64,000 bases of DNA from Felis catus (GCF_018350175.1 NC_058382.1:54686001-54750000); one strand, 5' to 3'. Positions 13,710 to 27,445 are shown, numbered from the stretch's first letter. Notes: a model not told the origin generated them from the sequence alone. Translations and numbers: made by a program.

Positions 13710-14444
13710 GAGCAAGTCGCTCTCCAGGCAGAGGGAGCATCTTCCCCAAGTCGGGGATGAGGCCGCTTGGCAGGTTCTGAGAATACAGGGCATTTCTCCT
13801 GGAATCTTCACAGGGCCTTTGGGTGGAGGCAGAGGCCCTCAGGGAATTGCCGAGAGACGTATGTGGGGAGACTCAGCCTGAGGCCCCAGAGCTCCCAGCT
13901 TGGGCACAGACTATTGTGTCCTCACTTGGCCAAGAAAGCAACAGACCGTCTGCCTTCCTGGGACCCTGCAGGCCCGACACTAATAACCACAGCAGAGAGG
14001 AGGGGAATCCCTACGTCCTGGACAATAAAGGTTTCTAAGACCTTTGTGTCCCCCAGGAGGGTGCAGGGAGCCCCTGTAATTTCTGAAACTGAGCCCTTGT
14101 CACCAGGCAAATGCAGCTCACAGGCAGATTTAATGTGATTTAGAGAAACAAGGCCATAGAGAAACTCTCCCACATGGACAAGAGTTGCCACCACGATCGT
14201 GTGTTTCAGCATTATTCACAATAGCCAGGGATTAGGACACAACCCATTCAACTCTCAACAGAGAAAGAGACGAATTATGGTGTAGTTATACAATAGATGA
14301 AACGAACTGGTATGTGTATCACAGTGGATAATACAAAGTTCAAAGTCACGTCATTTGTGTAATGAGGAGACATTAAGCGAATATGGAATAATGTCATCAG
14401 GATTTAGCAACAATGGGTAGGAGGTCTATGGGAATTCACCGAAA

Positions 14445-15108
14445 TATTTTTTTAAGTTTATTTATTTTGAGAGAGAGAGCGAGAGCACATGTACACACAC
14501 ACGCACATACACACACACACACACGTGTGTGAGTGGGGGAGGGGCAGAGAGAAAGAATGTCAGTCAGGCTTCTCAGGGTCTGCCCAGAGCCTAATGCAGG
14601 GCTCAAACCCATGAACCGTGAGATCATGACCTGAGCTGAAACCAAGAGTAGGGTGCTCAACTAACTGAGCTACCCCGGTACCCCAAAATGCTTTTATTGT
14701 CTATATGTTTGGAGTATTTAGAAATTTTTAAAAATTAAATAAGAAAAAGCGGGATGCCTGGGTAGCTCAGTCAGTTCAACATCTGATTCTTGATTTCCAC
14801 TCAGGTCATGATCTCATGATTCATGAGTTTGAGCCTCAAGTCAGGCTCTGCCTTGACAATACAGAGCCTGCTGAGGATTCTCTGTCTCCCTCTCTCTCTG
14901 CTCATTCGTACACATTCTGTCTCTCTCAAAAATAAAATAAACAATTTTTTTTTTAAGAAAGGTGGGGTGCCTGGGGGCTCAGGTGGTTAAGCATCCAACT
15001 TTGGCTCAGGTCATGATGGTTTTTAAGTTTGAGCCCCACATAGGACTCTCTGCTGCCAGTGCAGAGCCTGCTTTGGATCCTCTGTTCACCTCTCTCTCCC
15101 CCTCCCCA

Positions 15109-15145
<37 letters not shown>

Positions 15146-15178
15146 AATAAAATACACATTTAAAAAAAAAAAAAAAAG
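14445..15178. mobile_element. Cluster of three Can-SINEs: about 14445-14684 (-), 14750-14945 (+), 14965-15178 (+)
   Basis: Three recognisable heads and tails. Confidence 0.88.
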
Positions 15179-15450
15179 CAAGCAAGCAAGCAATGTTTCT
15201 TGCGACCGAGTGGAGTGGGGAGCAGAATGCCCCCCTGGCCCGCAGGGGAGGGTGTGGCATTGGGTGAGGAGGCGAGCCCTGGCCCCCTTGCTTCCCTGCA
15301 TGGTGCTGTGGGCAGAGACGGCCCCATTTTCCTAATGTTGGAGGCCCAAGTTCAGATGTGAAGATGGTTCAAGCCTTCCAAAACCTTTGCTAGGCATGGG
15401 GCACCATGAGCTGCCTTGCCCCCACAGCCAGAGCTGTCCTTGGGGCCTAC

Positions 15451-15636
15451 CTGCCACTTCGTCCTTGACGCTGAGCCAGCCGCATCCCTCCTCCAGGTCT
15501 GAGGGCCGCGCAGCATCCTGGATGCAGTAATGGGGAGTTTGGCGCCCGTAGAAGGCATCCTGGATCTGGATGACCTCCCCTGAGCCACAGTGCATGGTGG
15601 CATTGAGGCCGTCACAAGCCAGACTCTGGCCAACGC
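15451..15636 (-). CDS. PKD1L2: PKD1L2 coding exon 3 (SUEL/Gal-lectin domain, first part)
   Basis: Acceptor TTTGTCACAG|, donor |GTAGGC, 186 nt. [38 protein letters not shown]... contains the SUEL motif AFYGR. Confidence 0.92.
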
Positions 15637-17705
15637 CTGTGACAAAGGGAAGGTGACGCTTAGGGGGGATCATGGTCACGGTTGGGCAAGTGCCTGGTTG
15701 ACGGGGAGGGGAAGGGTGTCGGGGGTGAGGGCTGAGGTGGAGGGACCCGGCAGGAGTGAGAAATAGACGGGGGCGGGTGTGGGAGTGGCTCTGGAGCCAG
15801 ACTGCCTGGGCTCAGGTGCCACCAGCCACACGCTGGCTGTGTGCTCTGCAAATGCCTTAGCTTCTCTGTGCCCCTCAGCACAGGGGAGTGTCCATATTGC
15901 ACCCCCACAGGGTCTTTAAGAGGATTACATGAGTTTATACGTGCAGAGTAAGAGCTGTAAGTGGCAACTTGAGTCTTTTCTGAAAACAATGCCTGGTTCG
16001 TCACAGATGCTAAACAAGCACCTGTTGAATGAATGAGTGACTTGGGTGCATCTTCCTACCAATCCTAGAAGCTGGGCGACTATCCTCCCCAGTAGGAACA
16101 TCAGGCTCAGGGGGGCCGCTGTGCTGAGACACCTTCCCCCACCCCACCGCCTCCAGCCCGGCTTCTGGCGTGTGGTCTACATTCAGTGAATGTTTGTTGG
16201 AAAACAATGACTTGGCTCAGGTGAGCAGAGCCGGAAAGGAAACTCTGGATCCAAACTCCAGCCCATCTGCCTGGTGGGAACACCACAGGGTAGAGGATGA
16301 GACCAAAAATCTGTGTTAGTTTCCTACAGCTGCTCTCTGTACAAATGACCACCAAATTCATGGCTGAAAACAGTACAAATCTATCATCCTCTAGTTATAA
16401 AGGTCACAAGTCCAAAATGGGTCTTCCTGGGCTAGTATCAAGGTGTGGACTTGATTTCTTCTGCCTGCTCTCGAGCCTTTTCCAGAGGAGCTACATTTGT
16501 TGGACTGTGCCCCCTTCTTCCATTTCCAAAGCTGACAGCAGCCAGCATCTGCCAGTCTCTCTCTGACCAAACCTGGGTTCAGGTCTTACCATGGTCACTT
16601 CCCAGCTGTGTGGTCTTGGGCAAGGAGCTTACCCTTTCTGAGCCCCACTGTTCTTAGCTTTATCATAGGCCTCGCCTCAAACAGCAGAGGTGCTTCTATT
16701 ATGAATAAACGCACACGAGTCTGTTCCTGGAAGTGCTGCTTGGTGCATGTTACCTGTTCATGATGTGACCTTGTACCAGTGGCTCCAAGGCCCTGGGGCT
16801 GACAGATTCTGAGACAGGCTCTTGAGTTGGGGTGCACAAGGGGGCGAGGCACTGGGGAGCTGTGATAAAAAGAGGGGGAAGTTGTATGACCCATAGGTCC
16901 CCGAAGCTCCAAGTTTCCAAAATCGGCCAGGCTGGAGAAGTGAACCCTACATGGCACCTGTTTAAAACCAGACAGGGGAAAGGAGGCAGGGGGCCTGTAA
17001 GTGCCCAAATCCAGAATGGGCCCCAGGAGCTGGGGTTCTTCACTGAGGGGCTTGGGGATAGGGAAGGGGCTGAGCCCAGGAAGCCTGGAAGCTTCCCTTA
17101 AGCCTGGCTTGAAAGTCAGGGGAACATGGGGTAGCTCAGTTCCAAGACCAGGCCCCTATGCCAGGGTCCCTGAATGGCAGGCAGGACCCATCGTGGGGCC
17201 ATGGGTCACTCATGCCGGGGCTCTTACACGGAGTCCCCAGGGAGGAGTTCCCAGGGCACAAAGGGGGTCAACCATGGACAGCATCTGGAAAGGACACAAG
17301 AACGGAGTGTGGGGACGTTCAGGAGTCAGGGAGGGTGAGCACCGGAGGCTCAGACCCGGCCGGCCAGGGCGGTAGGCATCAAGGGTGAGTGAGACCAACC
17401 TCCTGGGACCACGTCTCCTTTTAGGAAGACTGGAAAGGAGAGTAAGTAGGGCTGGGTATTTGCCCCCAGATGCAGGTGTCTGAGAGGAAAAGAGGGATGC
17501 AGGGGAAGCTGGTAGGTAAGTGGACAGGGAGTCGGGGTTGGGAGCTGGGGAGATGAAACAAACACAGACACAGAGACAGGCGGGCATTTAAGGAGACGTG
17601 GAGACAGAGAGACCCAGGGACACCTGGAAAGAAATAGAAACAGAGACACATAGAGGGGCACAGAGAGACAGAAGGAGGGAGACCCCACAACAGAGGCCAG
17701 CTCAC

Positions 17706-17870
17706 CAAACTCGCAGATGAAGGCAGACGGCTGCGTGCAGTTGTCTGAGGCCACCCACCCAAAGGAAGCGTCTCTCCCGATGTAACCACAGGCGTCGGGG
17801 GCAGGAGAGGCCTGCCCTCCGCGCCAGTGGCTGTAGCTCACATTTGAGGTGTCCAGCCAGGTCCCCAGCC
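17706..17870 (-). CDS. PKD1L2: PKD1L2 coding exon 2 (C-terminal part of C-type lectin domain)
   Basis: Acceptor CCCATCCCAG|, donor |GTGAG, 165 nt, phase 1-1. [55 protein letters not shown] ends in the CTLD FICE motif. Confidence 0.92.
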
Positions 17871-18313
17871 CTGGGATGGGAACACAAGCACCAGGACTTA
17901 CAAACGCTGCTCTGACCCTTTTTATGCACAGGGCTTGCCTCAGCTCAGCTCCTGGTGCTGCAGGAGGTGCCCGGTTAAGACCGACAGGCTGACCGCCTCT
18001 CTTTCCCGTGCCAACGAAGGGGCATTGCTAGCTGTTACCTTTCAACACCCAGATGTAAGAATTCAACCTAGAAACCGGGGCGCCAAGTCAGGGAGCCCAG
18101 ACAAAATAGTTTCATTAAGGACATGATGCTTCTAGCTCTGTCTTACCGTCACCTAGAAAAGAACACAGAAGTGTGCCTCGGGACATTCGAAGGTGTTCCT
18201 GAGAGCAGCAGGGGCCCTTGTCAAATATATTTGGGCACACTCACTTAAAATGGAAATTTTCCTTATGTCCAGAACTCCTCAGCCCCATGAACACACTGAT
18301 GTGACTCTTGAAG

Positions 18314-18315
<2 letters not shown>

Positions 18316-18369
<54 letters not shown>
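18316..18369. repeat. (GT)27 microsatellite in PKD1L2 intron 1
   Basis: Perfect dinucleotide run. Confidence 0.97.
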
Positions 18370-18373
<4 letters not shown>

Positions 18374-19926
18374 CAAAGGCATTTCAAGGACACTCGAAAT
18401 CTAGAAAACACTAAAAGTCAAATATTTAAAGACTCAAAAGTGTATTTATTCATTTTTTAAAATACATACGAATGGTTAAAAAATTTTTAGAGTGAAAAGG
18501 GGCATAAAATGAAAACATCACCCCCCTCCCAACCTATGGGTTACTCCCATTACTCTTAACGTGTCTTGTGAATTGTTCCAGACTGAGTTTTATCCCTATA
18601 TCAGCATCTATGAGTGCCTGAAATCTACACAAATGCCATCATACTCCACATGACACTCTGCTTCTTCTTCAATAACATTAAATATTGGGGGTTGTTACAT
18701 GTCAGCCTACACAGATCTGCCTCATTTTATGTGAAATGAGCCATGTGGTATCCCTTGGTGATTTCAAATAGACACAACTCCTTTAAATGTTTAGGAAGTG
18801 ATGTTCAATATACAGAAATCCACAATTGCTACATCTACAAATCAAGAAACTATTCAATAGATATTGCCTGAAAATGAATTTTAGAATTCAAATCCAGTGG
18901 CTATGAGTTTCCTAAAATGAGCGTTCCCAAGTGCTCTCTCAGCCTTTCCATCCACTCTGGTATTAAGTGCTTATCCCAGACCAAGTTACGCATTTCTGAA
19001 ACCCAGTGGCTTCAACAGGACAATGTGATGTGGCAGGCTGCTGACTCAAGAGGAAGTCCTCTCGCAGTGTTCTCTTGAGCCAACCATTTTCTCCCCCTGG
19101 ACTTCATTTTCCCATCCATAAAATACGAGTAGCAATGTATACCTCGCAGGACAGGTGCAAAAATTGAATACAAATGTTCATTTGTCCATTCTCTGCTATG
19201 TAAAGGCACTGGGAAAAGAAAAGTGGCCAGAATGTGGTTCTTTCCCTCAAGGAGTTCACTGTCTAGGAAGGAAGACAGACACCTAAAAACTTGAAGTCGT
19301 GCCAAAAATACCCTCACAGAGGTGTGGACAAGCCCTACAGGTGCATAGAAGACTCAGCAGACCGTGCTGGGGTTGGAGGAAGTTGCCCTCACAGAGTCAA
19401 AGGTAAGTAAGCGTTTCTAGGAGGACCATTAAAACGAGACCATCGAATGTGAATGGGGGGTGGTGCCAAGCTCTTCACCTGCTTTACTCTCATAAGAAAT
19501 GGGGAAAGCCACATGGAGGTGCTTTGAAAATAGCTTAGTAATTATTTCCTGAGACTCTGTTGCCTCATCTGTGAAAGAGAAGCAACAATATCATCTCACT
19601 GGTTATTGTAGGGATTCGAGGTGATAACAGGCAAACAGTACTAAGGATAGTGCTGGGCACTATTCTAGCAAGAACTGAAGAAGCCATAGCTAATATTATT
19701 ATTAGACACATTCAAACAAATGAACGTTTCCAGAGTGTCCTCTATGTGTCAGATTCCGTGCTAGATACTGTACATGAATCATTTCATTTGATCCACAAAA
19801 GAGGAGGGTGTCCTTACCATGAGAAGTAGGATATACTACATTGTTCCATGCGGTTCCGGATTAAGAAGCAATGGTGAGAATTACGGCCACCAGCTTCCTG
19901 TGAAATACAGCTTCCACAGCACCTAC

Positions 19927-20227
19927 CTTCTGTGGTTCCATTCCGAGCCAAGTTTCCTACAAGTCCAATCCACCATTCCCTGTCCTGGGAGATATGCTTC
20001 TGCAGAAACTTCTGGGTGTCCTCATCACGAATAAAGACCAAATGGCCCCCTTGCCCCTCGCACCAGCTCTGGGCACCATAGAAAGTGTGGCTGAGAGGCA
20101 CAAATTCATAGCAAGAGTCTTTGAAAGCCACTCGGCTCTTTGAGCAAAAGCTGCCGTCTTCTGGCTTAGCGATTGCAGCCCTAAATATCAGAGCAAGCCC
20201 CAAGAGGAGCAAGCCCACTGCATTCAT
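19927..20227 (-). CDS. PKD1L2: PKD1L2 coding exon 1 (signal peptide and N-terminal part of C-type lectin domain)
   Basis: [89 protein letters not shown]... Hydrophobic leader and CTLD motifs (CY, A..C..GGHL, WIGL). 301 nt, phase-1 donor G|GTAGGT. Confidence 0.93.
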
Positions 20228-20348
20228 CCTTGAATCACCACTGGAGCATCTGGATGGAGCTGGTGCTCAGGTCCTTCTTATGCTTGTGGCTCACAGCTGT
20301 CTGCCAGAGATCTTTCCTTCTCTCTTTGCATCCAATAATAGCTCCTAC

Positions 20349-20362
20349 CTCTTATTTAAGAG
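20349..20362 (-). promoter_or_regulatory. TATA-like/AT-rich element upstream of PKD1L2
   Basis: CTCTTAAATAAGAG on the minus strand, about 125 bp upstream of the ATG. Motif and position only. Confidence 0.3.
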
Positions 20363-21519
20363 ACGAAAGGCTCAGGATGAATGTGTCTACATTTTTGCTT
20401 TCCCCAGCTCTTTGTTCAATGCCTGTGCCAAATCCAATTAATTTGCAAAACAGTCTTCAAGAGAAACATAAAGCCGCTATCTCACCTGTCTGCTTGTCAT
20501 TCGATCAACTGTTAGCTTCTGATAAAAATTCCTTGCTATTGGTTTGATGTTATTACCCTAGAGGGCCACATGTCTCACGAGAAGCCATCAGCATGTGAGA
20601 AGTATGTGATAAAAGAAAAATGGCAGGAAAGTGGGAGTGATGAGATGGTCAAGGAACCAAGTAGCACTCATCCGCAATCCTATTGTCCAGAGCGACAGCT
20701 GTGCCCACATGATAATCACATTCTCCCCAACGTGGCTTAAATCCTAATGGATATGTCTCCCCCTCTCTGGTTCATCACATTACCACTCATGCCTGTTGGA
20801 GAATACAGATTTCCTACAAAATTGTTTTAGTATCATCATGAAAATAAGCTTTTAAAACCAGACGTGCCCATCCTCACCCACTGCCTTAAACCCTCTAGTG
20901 GGTGTCCGTGGTCTATGGATCGAGTTCAAGCTTCTCAGCTTTGTATACAAGGCTCTGTATGAATTGGCCAGTGACCATATATCCAAACACACTCCCCAAA
21001 TGTGGGGAAACAGACTCACTCGTTGCATGGGAGTGTAAATTGGTACAACCTCCATTATGGGCAGTTTGGCGAGATCTATAAAAATTTTATCTATTATTTT
21101 TTCATATTTTTGAAACTAATCTCTAAAGCCACTGTGGGGCTCTAACTTAAAACCCTGAAATCAAGAGTCACATGCATTACTGATTGAGGCAGCCAGGCAT
21201 CCCAATATCTCTCAAAATTTTAAAAGCACAAGCTCTATAATGTAGCAGTTCAACTTCTAGGAATTTTACCTACAAATAAATTCATACATGAACAAAATCT
21301 CGTACATATAAAGTTATTTATTGCAGAATTTTATAAGAAGGAAAAATTGGAAGCAACCTAAATGTCCATTGATAGGAAAGTGGTCAACAAAATGTGGTAC
21401 GTCCTCCATACCCACATACAAAAAATGATCAAATTGTTTATATACAAATTTAGGAGGATATCTAAGATTTTTGCTAATATTAAAAGCAAAGTATGAGACA
21501 TCGTTGATGGTCCAATCCT

Positions 21520-21754
21520 ATTTTTTTAACTTTAAACATTTATTTCTTATTTTGAGAGAGAGAGAGAGCACGAGCGAGCTCTCTCGCATGTGTGTCAGTA
21601 GGGGGAGGAGCAGAGAGAGAGGACAGAGAGATTCCCAAGAAGGCTCCGTGATGTCAGCACAGAACCCAACGTGGGGCTCAATCCCACCAACCATGAGATC
21701 ATGACCTGAGCCAAAATCAAGAGACGCTTAGTTGACTGAGCCCCCCAGGTGCCT
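21520..21754 (-). mobile_element. Can-SINE with TSD
   Basis: Flanked by ATGGTCCA(A/C)TCCTATTT. Confidence 0.9.
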
Positions 21755-21939
21755 CAATGGTCCACTCCTATTTGCACAAAAACATCTATGAAGATTTGTT
21801 TGTATGTGTTGAATGTATCTCATAAAGGACTCACGAGAGACTGGCAGTAGTGATTGCTTGGGTCAGGGGTTGGGGGAGCTAGGTGAGTGGGAGACAGAGG
21901 AAGGAGCAAGACTTTTGTTTCATTGGACACATTTTTTAA

Positions 21940-22546
21940 ATTTTTTTTCAATATATGAAGTTTATTGTCAGATTGGTTTCCATACAACACCCAGTGCTCA
22001 TCCCAAAAGGTGCCCTCCTCAATACCCATCACCCACCCTCCCCTCCCTCCCACTCCCCATCAACCCTCAGTTTGTTCTCAGTTTTTAAGGGTCTCTTATG
22101 CTTTGGCTCTCTCCCACTCTAACCTCTTTTTTTTTTCCTTCCCCTCCCCCATGGGTTTCTGTTAAGTTTCTCAGGATCCACACAAGAGTGAAACCATATG
22201 GTATCTGTCTTTCTCTGTATGGCTTATTTCACTTAGCATCACACTCTCCAGTTCCATCCATGTTGCTACAAAGGACCATATTTCATTCTTTCTCATTGCC
22301 ACGTAGTACTCCATTGTGTATATAAACCACAATTTTTTTTTATCCATTCATAAGTCGATGGACATTTAGGCTCTTTCCATAATTTGGCTATTGTTGAGAG
22401 TGCTGCTATAAACATTGGGGTACAAGTGCCCCTATGCATCAGTACTCCTGTATCCCTTGGGTAAATTCCTAGTGGTGCTATTGCTGGGTCATAGGGTAGG
22501 TCTATTTTTAATTTTTTGAGGAACCTCCACACTGTTTTCCAGAGTG
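21940..22546 (-). mobile_element. 5'-truncated felid-type L1 (3' UTR and ORF2 C-terminus) nested in an older L1M remnant (about 20990-22620)
   Basis: Minus-strand translation LWKTVWRFLKKLKIDLPYDPAIAPLGIYP...CTPMFIAALSTIAKLWKEPKCPS is the L1 ORF2 C-terminus. Imperfect TSD TTGG(A/C)CACATTTTT. Confidence 0.92.
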
Positions 22547-24350
22547 TCTTTGGCCACATTTTTAAACTTTTCTATCTTGTACCATGTGGTGAATATCTTA
22601 CCTGTTCAAAAATAATAAATTCTTTTTTTAAAAAAATCTCAGGGCAGGGTGCCTGGTGGCTCAGTTGATGGAGGATCTGACTCTTGATTTTGGCTCAGGT
22701 CATGATCCCAGGGTGGTGGGATTGAGCCTTGTGTTGGGCGCTCACTCTCTCGTGCGCGCACACCCTCTGCTCCTCTCCCCTCTCCTACCTCTCTAAAATA
22801 AAAACTTTTTTTTTTAAATTTCATTGGCCCATCATCCCCCATTAGGTCAAAGTCACACACAGCTCTTTCTAACTATCCTGGTTCACTGCTAGCAACCTTG
22901 CTTCATACCTCTGTGTGCCTGTGTTCTTCCCTCTGCCAGGAGCCCTTTTCTCTCAGTCCTGCCCTGTCCACCTTTGATACTCTGCTCAAAGGTCAGTTCC
23001 TTTGTGGATTTTGTAGAACTTGTCCCACATAATATGCCTCTCTTCTCTGGGTTTCCTTTTTCTTTTTTTGTTGATAAACACTTAAGACACGGTTCACATA
23101 CCATACAATCCGCCCATTTAAAACTTCCAGGTCAGTGGTTTGTAGTATATCCACAAAGTTGTGCAACCTTCATCATGACCAATTTTAGAAAATTTTCATG
23201 ACCCCAAAAGGAAACCCTTCACCTGCTGGCATTCACTTCCAGCCCTGCCTCCTGCCAGTTCCTGACAACCACTAATCTCCTTCCTGGCTCTGTGGATTTG
23301 CCTACTCTGGATGCTTCATATAAACAGAATCACATAATATGTGGTCTTTGTGACTGACTCTGTTAGCATAGTGTCTTCAAGGTTCATCCATCTTGTAGCA
23401 CAGATCATTATTCCACTACTTCATCCCTCCCTTCCTTTTTTGGCACTCAATAAAAGTTTATAGAATAACTGTTCAATGAAGAGTTTTCCATAACTAATAT
23501 ATTCCCCACCTTAGCTCCTTGTTTGCCGAGTAATGTTTGAGGAATGTTTGCTGTTCATGATAACTTTCAAAGTTAACTGAGTTTGACAAAATTACTAAGT
23601 TCCATCAGTGGTGGGAAAAATTGTTTTAACTACTAACACCAGAGTTCCTCTTGGGAGCTCTTTCTCTTTGGGGATATATCTGTATAGGCCATTTGGGTTG
23701 GGACAGGGGAGATGCCAAGGGTATGGTTTATACTGTTAACAATAAAACAATACTGGATGAAGGGTCTGTATAAGAAGTTAGTGATTTGAAACTGGAGAGG
23801 GACGTTTGCAATGTGGTGGGACTCTAGAACCTTCAAAACAGGTATTAGGCAAATAGTTTCTTGCAGCAGAGTGGCCAAAGACTATAGAGAACCACAGGTG
23901 TCTATTATCTGGCTTTAAATTATTCACCTGCTCTGACATAATTCATCTTTTTTCCCCCCTCCATTCCCTTCTCCCTCAGTCCTTGGCAAGCACTATATTC
24001 TGTCTGTATGGATTTACAAATTCTGGGCATTTCATATAAATAGAATTGTACAATATGTGGCCTTTTGTGTCTAGCTTCTTTCACTCAGTATAATGTTTTC
24101 AAGGGTCATCCACGTTGGAGCATGCATTATTAGCTCTTTATTCCTTTTTATAGCTAAATAATGTCCCATGTATAGATACACTACAATTTGCTTACCCAAT
24201 CATCCATTGATGGACATTTAGGTTGTTTTATTCTATGAGTTTCTTGCAGGAAAGGGATAATATCTCTTAATCTCTGTCCATCCCATGACCGGCACACAGT
24301 AGGACTCAATGAACATTTGCCAGCCTGGTCCCATATTCCACGTCCTTGTG

Positions 24351-24744
24351 TGTTGGGGGAGGTTGAGAGGCTATGACTGCTGGTTGACCCATGAACGGGA
24401 CCCAGGCAATCGGAAGATCCTCACCCCTGCCCTGTCCTTGCAATGAGCATTGTTTGCCTTCCTGGCTCCCAGAAGCTGTCCCGAGGACACAGCCTTGAGA
24501 TAGTGATGTGGTGTTGAAATCGTCTGGACAGTATATATGACTGAACCCAGTTAAAGCCCCTATATAAACTTTTAAGACTTGGCCAGCGAGTACAGAGATC
24601 TACTTGTCTTGTAGCACCCAAGACAAGGCTTGTGTGTTAAGTTCTCTTGCTTGTTAAACATGCCACCTACCCATCTGGGGTGATCTTCTTTTTCTTCGGT
24701 CTCTCCCTGCTCTATGTGTCCAGAGGCCAGTTTTCAAACCAACA
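24351..24744 (+). mobile_element. Probable solo ERV LTR (394 bp)
   Basis: Terminal inverted TGTTGG...CCAACA, TATATAAA at 24561, degenerate poly(A)-signal-like GTTAAA near 24654. TSD not clear. Confidence 0.6.
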
Positions 24745-25960
24745 CTGGGACTGACCCATGGCCCCTGTCGCTTTCTCCCGAAGCCCTTCCAAGCCCTCTG
24801 GAGTAGCCCTGCCAGACAGAGCCCAGGGTAGGACTCGAGTCATTGCTGAGTCACTGGTGGGAGCACAGAGAATACTGGTCTCTTATCTCTGGGGGCCAAG
24901 CTTCTAATGACTTCTATTAGAAAACTATGTGGAAGCCCTCATGCAGTGATAATGTATCTCCTGGGTAAAGGCTTAATTTATGTCCCTCATGGAACATGCT
25001 TGGAGACATTTGATAATGAATGCAAATGTGCAGGCTGAATTCTACTTTTGCAGTCTTTATGTTCTGATGGATTGCAGACTCCTGGGCACAGAATTCATCT
25101 TGGTGATGTCAGCTCCCAGTGTGGCTTAAACTAATATGTGTACGTGATGAAAGGAAGCAGGACATGGCTGGACCCGTGCGAGCCTGTTTCCAGTGATCTG
25201 ATCCAGCTGCCTAAGTCTCTAAACCCTGATTTTCGGGACCAGCAAATGAAAACAGAGAGCAAATTTGGTTTAAATGAGGCCTTGAGTCCATGAAAAGAAC
25301 CATAAAGATGTTCACACCCTGTGGCTCAGTCACCCCAATCCTGGGAATGGATCTCTTTTAGTTTGGGTTCCTCCAGAAGCTAACTGAGCCAAGAATTCAA
25401 GAGAAACAATTTGTTTGGGAAGCCATGCAGGAAACAGGGGCAGGGGAGGGGGGGACTACATTGCTTTATATGAATTTATTTATTTATATTAATTTATTCA
25501 TATAAATTCATTATTTATATGAATTTATTGGTCATAAATTGAATTGAATCTTTGCCCTCCATTCAACTAAAAAGACAACACAGCAAAAGAATTCTCATGA
25601 TTCCCTCACCCCAAAGCATTTTCATTCTTTGCGGTTCCTTGAAATGCTTCTTGCTTTGGAGATAGATGTTTACCCAGACACAACCATAGCATGCATGTAA
25701 TTAGTTCGTATTACAGTTTCCCACTTAACTTTAGATGGTAGGCCTTTTCCATGATGTTAAAGGGCTTTGGGATTGGCATGGTGAGGGCTGGGCTTCCTTT
25801 CCCTGAATGGGTATTTACTAAACCATTCCCACAGTGCTAGATACTTTGTGTGGTTTCTGTCATCTCTTTGTTATGTGTTCAGTTTTGCAATTCAGTCAAC
25901 ACTGCTATGAACATCTTCTTGCACTTGCCATTTAGCCTGAGCAGACTTATCTCCTGAGGG

Positions 25961-26385
25961 TTGCAGCAGACATTGTCAAGGGCCCATCTTAACCACTCAC
26001 ACTTACCACGTAAGGCTTCTAAATACGAGCACCTGTAATTCCTTGCCTTTCCCTGCACATAAGAGACGGGATGGAAGTGCCTGGCAGTTTGTGCCTCTTG
26101 GGAGAAACTCTCACCCTTGATTGGCCAGGGTTGGTGGGTCCATCGCCCAGATCCCTCAAGCTAACTCTAAAGAACGCTCACAGCATCTCACAGCCCAGTA
26201 GTCAGGCTGAGCTGCTGTTGGCCATGATGTAACAGCCTTGATAATGCACTGTCAACATCTTCCCTCCCTGTTCCACTTCCCCATGCCCTTGCTGGCATTT
26301 CCTGGATTCGCCTCCCAAATAAACCACTGGCACTTGAATCCTTGTCTCGGGGTGTGCTTCTGGGAGAGCCCAACCTTAGGTCTCT
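25961..26385 (+). mobile_element. ERVL-type LTR (LTR16-like)
   Basis: 3' end CCTCCCAAATAAACCACTGGCACTTGAATCCTTGTCTCGGGGTGTGCTTCTGGG. Confidence 0.65.
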
Positions 26386-27240
26386 TCCCAAGACTGGGAG
26401 GCCTGGGTCCACAGGGCGCAAACATCTTCATGATTCTTGCTTATGGACTCAGTGCCTATTGAAACCAGATCAATTATCTTGGTTTTTTGTGTCGCTGATC
26501 CCCCTTGAAGACTCAGATGGCCAGATCAAATCCCGAGAAACACGCTCACACAGCTGAGCTGTATCTTGCATACTTCCCTGATTATTTCAGTTCTGTGCCT
26601 GGGGACCATCTCTAAGCAACTAATAATGACCTTAGTCGTTGGGATGGTGGGTGGTATTCTCTTGGTTTTGTAGACGTGTATGTAGATGGGTCCTCCGTGT
26701 TATTCTCAAATGCTAAGTTGTTGGTTTCTCCAGGGTGGCTGGTGACCTGGATCTTGAAAGATTAGCCAGGAAGAAAGGGGTGGGGGTGGAGGTAGGGGTG
26801 GGGAGAGCTGGTAGAAGGGGCATCTCAGGGAGGGGCCTTATAATACTAAGTCCTTGTCAGTGCCCCCAGAACCAGCATAAACTACAGCCCCCAGCATTAT
26901 CCCCCCTCCTGAGTCTGCCCTAGCCTGTCACACCAGTCTTGCACGTGCTGTTTCTTTACAAAAGTGCCTCTTCTTATGCGCTTGCCTGAACACCTGTATC
27001 CTCTTTTCAAGAATAGCTTCTCTGAAGCTGCCTCACGGTCTCCAGGAATTAAATGCTGTGTCTTCTGTGTTCTCATAGGAGTTTAATCTGCTTCCACATT
27101 AGTACTGTTTAGGAGTATTTAGCCCTAAAAAAAAAAAAAGAGAGAGAGAGAGAGAGCGCACAAGAGAGAATGAGAGAAAAACTATGAGAACCTAACTGTA
27201 AAATTAAGTCTATTGATAGCCTTTTAAATTTCTATTTTTA

Positions 27241-27445
27241 TTTCCTTAAGGTTTGTTTGTTTGTTTGTTTAGAGAGAGAGAGAACATGAGCTTGGGACCG
27301 GGGGGGGAGAAGGAGAATCGCAAGCAAGCTTCACGCTGTCAGCACAGAGTCAGATGTGGGGCTGGAACTCATGAACCATGAGATTCATGACCTGAGCCGA
27401 AACCAAGAGTTGGATGCCTAACCAACTGAGCCATCCAAGCCTCCC
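27241..27445 (-). mobile_element. Can-SINE fused 3' of the tRNA-Lys pseudogene
   Basis: Head GGGAGGCTTGGATGGCTCAGTTGGTTAGGC, CT-rich tract and (AAAC)n tail. Shares a TSD pair with the tRNA copy. Confidence 0.9.

Noticed and set aside
13351..13881. 176-aa ORF with internal repeat (SISFPHTC twice)
   Set aside because: Explained by the 69-bp DNA duplication in an intron. No coding signature.
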